A stretch of DNA of 31,277 bases from Myxococcota bacterium (lineage in GTDB: Bacteria > Myxococcota_A > UBA796 > CAJQPC01), in contig DASCPX010000008.1 in NCBI GenBank assembly GCA_036012755.1, forward strand, positions 1 to 31,277. The letters run 5' to 3'. A model generated the notes under the pieces. The model was not told the origin of the DNA. It was given only the letters and a program-made list of their open reading frames with translations, and did not search any database. Within the stretch, counting starts at the first letter, position 1, and each line of letters opens with the position of its first letter. Of this stretch, positions 26,195 through 31,277 are shown one piece after another. The position numbers and the translations under genes were made by a program.

Positions 26195-27590
26195 GGTCCT
26201 CGTCGTCGGCAGCGGGCCCAGCGGGGCGGTCACCGCGGCGATGCTCGCCGAGGCGGGTCGGGACGTGCTCCTCGTCGAAGAAGGGCCGAACCTGACCCCT
26301 GACAGCGCGGCGAACTTCAGCTACGCCGAGATGGACCAGAAGTACCGCAACGGCGGGCTCACGACGACCTTCGGAAAGACCAACATCACCTACATCGAGG
26401 GTCGCTGCGTCGGCGGCGCCAGCGAGATCAACGCTGCGCTCTACCACCGGCCCATCGACGAGGTGGTCGACGGCTGGGCCCGGGACTTCTCCATCTCGGA
26501 CTTCTCGGCGGATTCCCTCGGCGAGCACTTCCAGGTCATCGAGGACGAGGTCCGGTGCAGCGGACGCCCCTACGGCTTCTCGCCCGCGTCGATGAGGCTG
26601 AAGCAGGGCGCCGACGCCCTGGGCTGGAAGGAGGGGGAGATCGAGCGCTTCTGGCGCTTCGACGAAGAGGACGGGCGCTGGGGTCGTCGCCAGTCCATGA
26701 GCCGAACCTGCGTGCCGCGAGCGGTCGCGGCCGGCTGTCGCCTCGAGGCCGACCTGAGGGTTCGCAAGCTCATCTTCAAGGGCAATCGAGCCGTCGCCGC
26801 GTGCGCCCGCAGGCGCGCCAGGGACGTGAAGTTGACCTTCGATACGGTCGTGCTCTGCTGCGGCGCGGTCCAGACCCCCACGATGCTCCGGCGAAGCGGG
26901 GTCACCAAGGGCATCGGGGACTCCCTGCAGCTCCACCCCATGGTGCGCATCGCCGCGCGCTTCGACGACGTGGTCAACGACCCCGCATGGGGTGTGCCCG
27001 TCCGCCAGGTCAGCGAGTTCAAGCCCGAGCTCACCCTGGGCTGCTCGCACAGCTCCCTGCCACACATCGCCCTGTGGCTGGGCCAGGAGGTCGAGGACCG
27101 CAGGGCCATCCTCGCCAACTGGGACCACGTCGCGGTCTTCTACGCGGCGGTCTGCGGCAAGGGGACCGGCACCGTCCGGGCGCTGCCGCTCTTGGACGAG
27201 CCCCTGATCCGCTACGAGTTCGCCCCGAGCGACATGGGGCTCCTCGGCGAGGGCCTGGTTCGCCTCGGGGAGCTGGTGCTGGCTGCCGGTGCCAAGGAGA
27301 TCTTCTCACCCTTCGAGGGACAGCCCGGGCTCTCGACGCGACGCCAGGTGGAGAAGCTCAGGCGCCTGCCTTCGGGCACGGCGATCAACGTGACGACCAT
27401 CCACCTCTTCTCCAGCTGTCCCATGGGCGAGGACGAGCGCTGCCCGGTCGACTCCCACGGCAGGGTGAAGGGTCTGGACAACGTGCGCATCCACGACTCG
27501 AGCCTCTTGCCGACCTCGCCGGGGGTGAATCCCCAGGGCACGATCATGGCCATCGCACGCAGGAATACCGCCCACCTCCTGGGCGGATGA
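26172..27590 (+). CDS. GMC-family FAD oxidoreductase
   Basis: VVGSGPSG, GRCVGGASEINA, GAVQTP, HLFSSCPMG, DSSLLPTSPGVNPQGTIMA. Confidence 0.93.
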   Translation: MANTLNCEVLVVGSGPSGAVTAAMLAEAGRDVLLVEEGPNLTPDSAANFSYAEMDQKYRNGGLTTTFGKTNITYIEGRCVGGASEINAALYHRPIDEVVDGWARDFSISDFSADSLGEHFQVIEDEVRCSGRPYGFSPASMRLKQGADALGWKEGEIERFWRFDEEDGRWGRRQSMSRTCVPRAVAAGCRLEADLRVRKLIFKGNRAVAACARRRARDVKLTFDTVVLCCGAVQTPTMLRRSGVTKGIGDSLQLHPMVRIAARFDDVVNDPAWGVPVRQVSEFKPELTLGCSHSSLPHIALWLGQEVEDRRAILANWDHVAVFYAAVCGKGTGTVRALPLLDEPLIRYEFAPSDMGLLGEGLVRLGELVLAAGAKEIFSPFEGQPGLSTRRQVEKLRRLPSGTAINVTTIHLFSSCPMGEDERCPVDSHGRVKGLDNVRIHDSSLLPTSPGVNPQGTIMAIARRNTAHLLGG

Positions 27591-27690
27591 TGCTAAGAAA
27601 GACTTGACCTCGGCAGCAAAGGTAGGCGTGCGCGCAACCAGTCCGCCGGGTCGCCCTTGATCTGTATGACCTCGAGACAAGGCGGCGAAC

Positions 27691-29025
27691 ATGCCTGAGC
27701 ACACTCACTCCGAGACCACCAGTACGTCCACGTCGACCGCCTCGGCCGACACCGCGACCGCCACGACGAGCACCGAGCCCCAGGATCTCGTCGGCAACCA
27801 GGCGATCGTCGACGTCATCAAAGCCGAGAACAACGAGAACACGAGCCCGGAAGCGGATCCGAACAAGACCGGCATCGTGCACGTCGGCATGAACAAGTAC
27901 GCCCGCGACGAGGCCAACACCCTGAACCGGGCGAACCGGGACCGGGGCGGCGCCATCGGCATCCGGAACCAGCGCACCCAGGACCATTACATCTGGAACG
28001 GGGTCGACTACGACCTCACCAGCGTCGAGGACGCCGCGCGCTTCGTCGCCACCCTCGGCATGCCCGCGCAGCAGGCGGTCAACGCCGTCCAGTGGATCGT
28101 CGACGGTGGCAGCGAGGCCAAGGACGAGATGGCGCAGATGGTGCGCGTCTGGTCAGAGGCGGAGCTCGGCATCCGCAAGATGGAGCGGGTCGTGCTCTCC
28201 GGCCACAGCGTCGGGTCCGAGATCTGGGGGGACGACAACGGCGAAATCAGCTTCGCCGCATTCATCGAGCTCTCCGGGATCTTCCCGAAGGCCGTCGCCC
28301 AGGTGAAGCACGTCATGCTCAGCGCCTGCTACGGCGGCGGCGAAGCGAACATGGACCAGTACCACGAGATGTTCCCGAACCTGGACAGCGTCTGGGCCTA
28401 CCACGGCTCCTCGCCCGGCACCTGGTCCGGCGCGATGACCCACATGAAGAAGTGGGAAGCCGCGACGGAGCCCGGGGACGAGGCCGGTGGGGTGGACCCC
28501 GACCTCGTCGCCGGCACGCGCAAGGCGAAGAACGTGTCCACCTGGAACGCCGACGACGGCTACCAGGGCGGCGAGCCCATCACGATCGGCGAGATCGAGA
28601 CCCAGCTCTCGGACAACCAGAGCGTCTTCGACGATCACTTCGCCGGCACCGTCGAGGTCACCGACACCCAGAACGGGCCGCTCCGCGGCTACTACAACAT
28701 CGTCCAGCGCTACCTCCAGCACCCGGACGGCTCGGACCGCGCGACCTACACGGCACGTCGTGACGTCACGATCCGCCTCATCTTCTGGGGTGTCGTGCGT
28801 GGCAAGTTCGCCGGGCACTACAAGTCCGAGATGGAGGCTGGCTACGCCGAGATGGGCGTGGACATGCCGGATCTCTCGTCCATCGGCAGGGGCGACTTCA
28901 TGGCCCACTTCGAGACGGTGAAGGGCCTGGCAGGCTCCGGCCAGGACGCCCTGTCCGTGATCGACCTGTTGAGGCGCGGCATGAAGGACCTGAAGCCGGA
29001 GATCATCCCGTCGACGTGGGTCTGA
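27691..29025 (+). CDS. Hypothetical protein with Thr/Ser-rich leader, VGNQA motif and caspase/CHAT-like His-Cys motifs
   Basis: QDLVGNQAI near the N-terminus; VVLSGHS and VMLSACY 41 residues apart; strong GC3 bias. Confidence 0.75.
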   Translation: MPEHTHSETTSTSTSTASADTATATTSTEPQDLVGNQAIVDVIKAENNENTSPEADPNKTGIVHVGMNKYARDEANTLNRANRDRGGAIGIRNQRTQDHYIWNGVDYDLTSVEDAARFVATLGMPAQQAVNAVQWIVDGGSEAKDEMAQMVRVWSEAELGIRKMERVVLSGHSVGSEIWGDDNGEISFAAFIELSGIFPKAVAQVKHVMLSACYGGGEANMDQYHEMFPNLDSVWAYHGSSPGTWSGAMTHMKKWEAATEPGDEAGGVDPDLVAGTRKAKNVSTWNADDGYQGGEPITIGEIETQLSDNQSVFDDHFAGTVEVTDTQNGPLRGYYNIVQRYLQHPDGSDRATYTARRDVTIRLIFWGVVRGKFAGHYKSEMEAGYAEMGVDMPDLSSIGRGDFMAHFETVKGLAGSGQDALSVIDLLRRGMKDLKPEIIPSTWV

Positions 29026-29483
29026 TCGCGCTGCTGAGCTGCGGCCCCAAGGACGGGCTCGAGGCTCTACCCGAGCACTCCGCGGTCGTCGCCTTCGAGA
29101 TGAACGTCGGCGAGACCGGCCGCCCGAGCTGCCTCTGGGCCCTGGAACCGGACGGCGACCGCTGCTCCACCACCGGGGACCCGGTGGAGTTGACGAAGAG
29201 CCAGGCCGCGATGGTCGACACGCTGGTCTCGACCCCAGAGAGCTGGGGCGAGCCCGCCAGCAAGTGCTTCGTCCCCTGGCACGGCTTCGTCTTCTACGCA
29301 GAGGACGGGACGGTCACCCAGCAGGTCTCCGTGTCCTTGATCTGCGAGGGCGTCCGAGCCGACCCCGAGCTCGCGGCGATGCCTCGCAGGGAGACACAGC
29401 AAGGGCTCTCTCCGGGGGCTCGGATCCTCTGGCTCCAGCTCTGTGAGGAGCTCGGAATGGGGCGCTGCCAGCTGGAGCCCTAG
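29016..29483 (+). CDS. Hypothetical Cys-rich lipoprotein
   Basis: GTG start overlapping the upstream stop by 10 nt; MGLIALLS-C; KCFVPWHGFVFY. Confidence 0.7.
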   Translation: MGLIALLSCGPKDGLEALPEHSAVVAFEMNVGETGRPSCLWALEPDGDRCSTTGDPVELTKSQAAMVDTLVSTPESWGEPASKCFVPWHGFVFYAEDGTVTQQVSVSLICEGVRADPELAAMPRRETQQGLSPGARILWLQLCEELGMGRCQLEP

Positions 29484-29516
29484 CTTCGGTCCATATCCGC
29501 GGGGCTTGTTGGCAGC

Positions 29517-31277
29517 TCAGTCACCGCCGCGGAAGACGTAGACGGCGCCCGGGCCCTTGTCGTTGGTCGAGGTGTCCAGCTCGTAGCCCGGCGCTCCGAC
29601 CAGCAGGTCCTCGTAGCCATCGTCGTCCACGTCGCCCGCGTTCTCGACGGTGAAGCCGAAGAGGCTCCCCGGGTGCTCGCACCCATCGGTCTCACAGGTC
29701 TCGAAGGGCTCGATCGATCCCTCGAGGGTGCCGTCCGCATCGAGCTCAGCGTCGTAGACGCCACTGAGTGGGCCCAGGAGGAGGAAGACGCGCCCCGAGC
29801 CGAAGAGATCGGCGGCGAAGCGCGTCGGTGTCCGTGGTCAGCGTGAGCGTGGCGCTCGACGCCACCACCGGGTTCGGAGCCCGCAGCACGGTGCTGAAGT
29901 ACACCCAGTCGTTGGTACCTGGTGAGGACCCGCTCGACGCCACGCTGTCGTGGTAGTCGCTGGAGGTGGCCCAGAAGGAGATCTCGTAGTCCTCCGTGCC
30001 GCCGGGGCCGACGATGCGGTAGCGACCGCGGAGGTCTTCCTTGTCTTCGATGAGCGCGTGGAAGCCGACGACGTAGAGGCGGTCTGCGGTCTCGGGAGTG
30101 ACGGGAACAGACACTGTGAGAGTCCCTCCCGCAGAGCAAACAGTCGAATCCAGATCGCCGTACTCTCCGTCGAAGTCGGTTGCCGTTGAACCGAAGCAGG
30201 CCCCCAGATCCGATGGTGTCCAACTCACCGACACTGGCGAGGGCAAGATCGCGGTCCAGTCCACCACGTCCGACACCCAGATGCTGTCCCGAACCGCGAC
30301 GCCCGTCGAGGAGTCCCAGTACTTCGTGCACGGGTCCTCGCCCGCGTCGAAGTACGAGGCCTCGGGCATCGGACTCAGGAACGCCCCGATCTGGTCCTCG
30401 CAGACCAGGAACTCCTTCTGGATGACCCCCAGCCCCTCGGAGCGCGGGAAGTTGCCGAACTTGCCGAACTGCGAGGCCGCGGCCCAGCTCGTGGTGTCGT
30501 CCTTGTGGTGGCCGCCGATCGGCTCCTCGATGCTCCGGCTCTACAGCCCGAAGGCGGAGGGGACCATCAGGACGCTCCGCTTCCTGAGGTAGTCCCACAT
30601 GTGGTCGTAGAGATAGGCCGGCTCGCAGCCCGTCTTGTGCTGCAGGTAGCCGCTCTGCCACTGGGCGTAGCTCTCGTCCAGCGCGTGGGTGAACTGGCCC
30701 CAGACCAGCGCGTCCAAGCGACGCTCCGCGGCCTGGCACAGTGGGTCCCCGTAGCGCGAGCAGTTCAGCACGTTGCCGTCGAACCACGCGGCGGCCTCGA
30801 CGTCCGGCGCTCCCGAGCCGGGACAGTCGGGCGTGAGGCTGGGCTCGAGCACGTTCGAGATGAAGTTGGCGCCACGACCGCCGCTGAAGCCGGGGAATCC
30901 CAGGCGGTAGTCGACGTCGGGGTAGTTGAGCACCTCCTGGGGGCACCAGGTGACCTCTGTCACCGCCTCCCACTCGGCCCCAGGCCCGTGTCGTAGCAGG
31001 GCGTGCCACCCGCCCCACAGGTGCTGTTGTAGTCCTTGCAGTAGACGGCAGCGCCAGTCGTGCTGGCGGTGACCGGGTCAGGCGACCAGGTCCAGCCCGA
31101 GGCGGAGGGATCGAACTTGACCTCGTCCAGGCTCTTTAGGAAGTCGACGAGTCCGAACTGCAGGCCCTGCCGGCTCGCGCCGACGATCAGCACCTTCTCG
31201 TCGATGCGGTCGTAGGCGACGATGTAGGCCTGCTCGTCCTCGGGGTCGTCCAGCGTGTCCCACCAGGCCGGGCTGAA
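29517..31277 (-). pseudogene. Disrupted large gene: GH20 domain-2-like segment, unknown middle, C-terminal FG-GAP fragment (runs off the window end)
   Basis: QAYIV..VLIVGASRQGLQFG then NYPDVDYR. Frameshift near 30980, in-frame TAG at 30541-30543, frame change near 29822 into FGFTVENAGDVDDDGYEDLLVGAPG..GAVYVFRGGD-stop. Confidence 0.65.

Noticed and set aside
30541..30543. Pyrrolysine or programmed readthrough at the in-frame TAG
   Set aside because: The same gene has two further frame disruptions, and TAG serves as a normal stop in many genes here.
4051..31018. Many long Arg/Pro/Gly-rich overlapping or antisense ORFs (e.g. 4133-5287, 6179-7477, 12480-13691, 14143-15345, 29480-31018)
   Set aside because: Shadow frames expected in high-GC DNA. 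Each overlaps a better-supported gene and lacks motifs.

Overview
GC-rich bacterial DNA, most likely Myxococcota. This is inferred from a MYXO-CTERM-like tail, Asp/Cys 'DCDD' repeat proteins and a stand-alone cereblon-like gene. The first ~4 kb looks like the distal end of integrated islands. It has two diverged copies of a tmRNA-like 3' end plus hairpin (912-977, 4003-4070), the first preceded by an IHF consensus site and tandem arm-like repeats, with a truncated IS21 istB and an XRE-HTH remnant between the copies. The rest is gene-dense chromosome: NnrU, a CULT/cereblon-like protein, rsgA, a C-type lectin lipoprotein, an esterase, GST, an M16 peptidase pair, a thioesterase, a frameshifted outer-membrane barrel, an aminotransferase, a strictosidine-synthase-like protein, a START protein, a GMC oxidoreductase and a decayed GH20-like/FG-GAP gene. 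The best candidate for an undescribed system is a fully overlapping six-gene operon (5599-11496): helical protein, GT-B glycosyltransferase, three radical SAM enzymes and a membrane-anchored protein. Other notable signals are a 13-aa leader ORF upstream of rsgA, recurrent ultra-short (8-11 aa) signal peptides, TAnnnT-N6/7-start (leaderless-type) promoters, and a caspase-like His/Cys protein paired with an overlapping lipoprotein. All family calls come from motif recognition by eye; no database searches were run.
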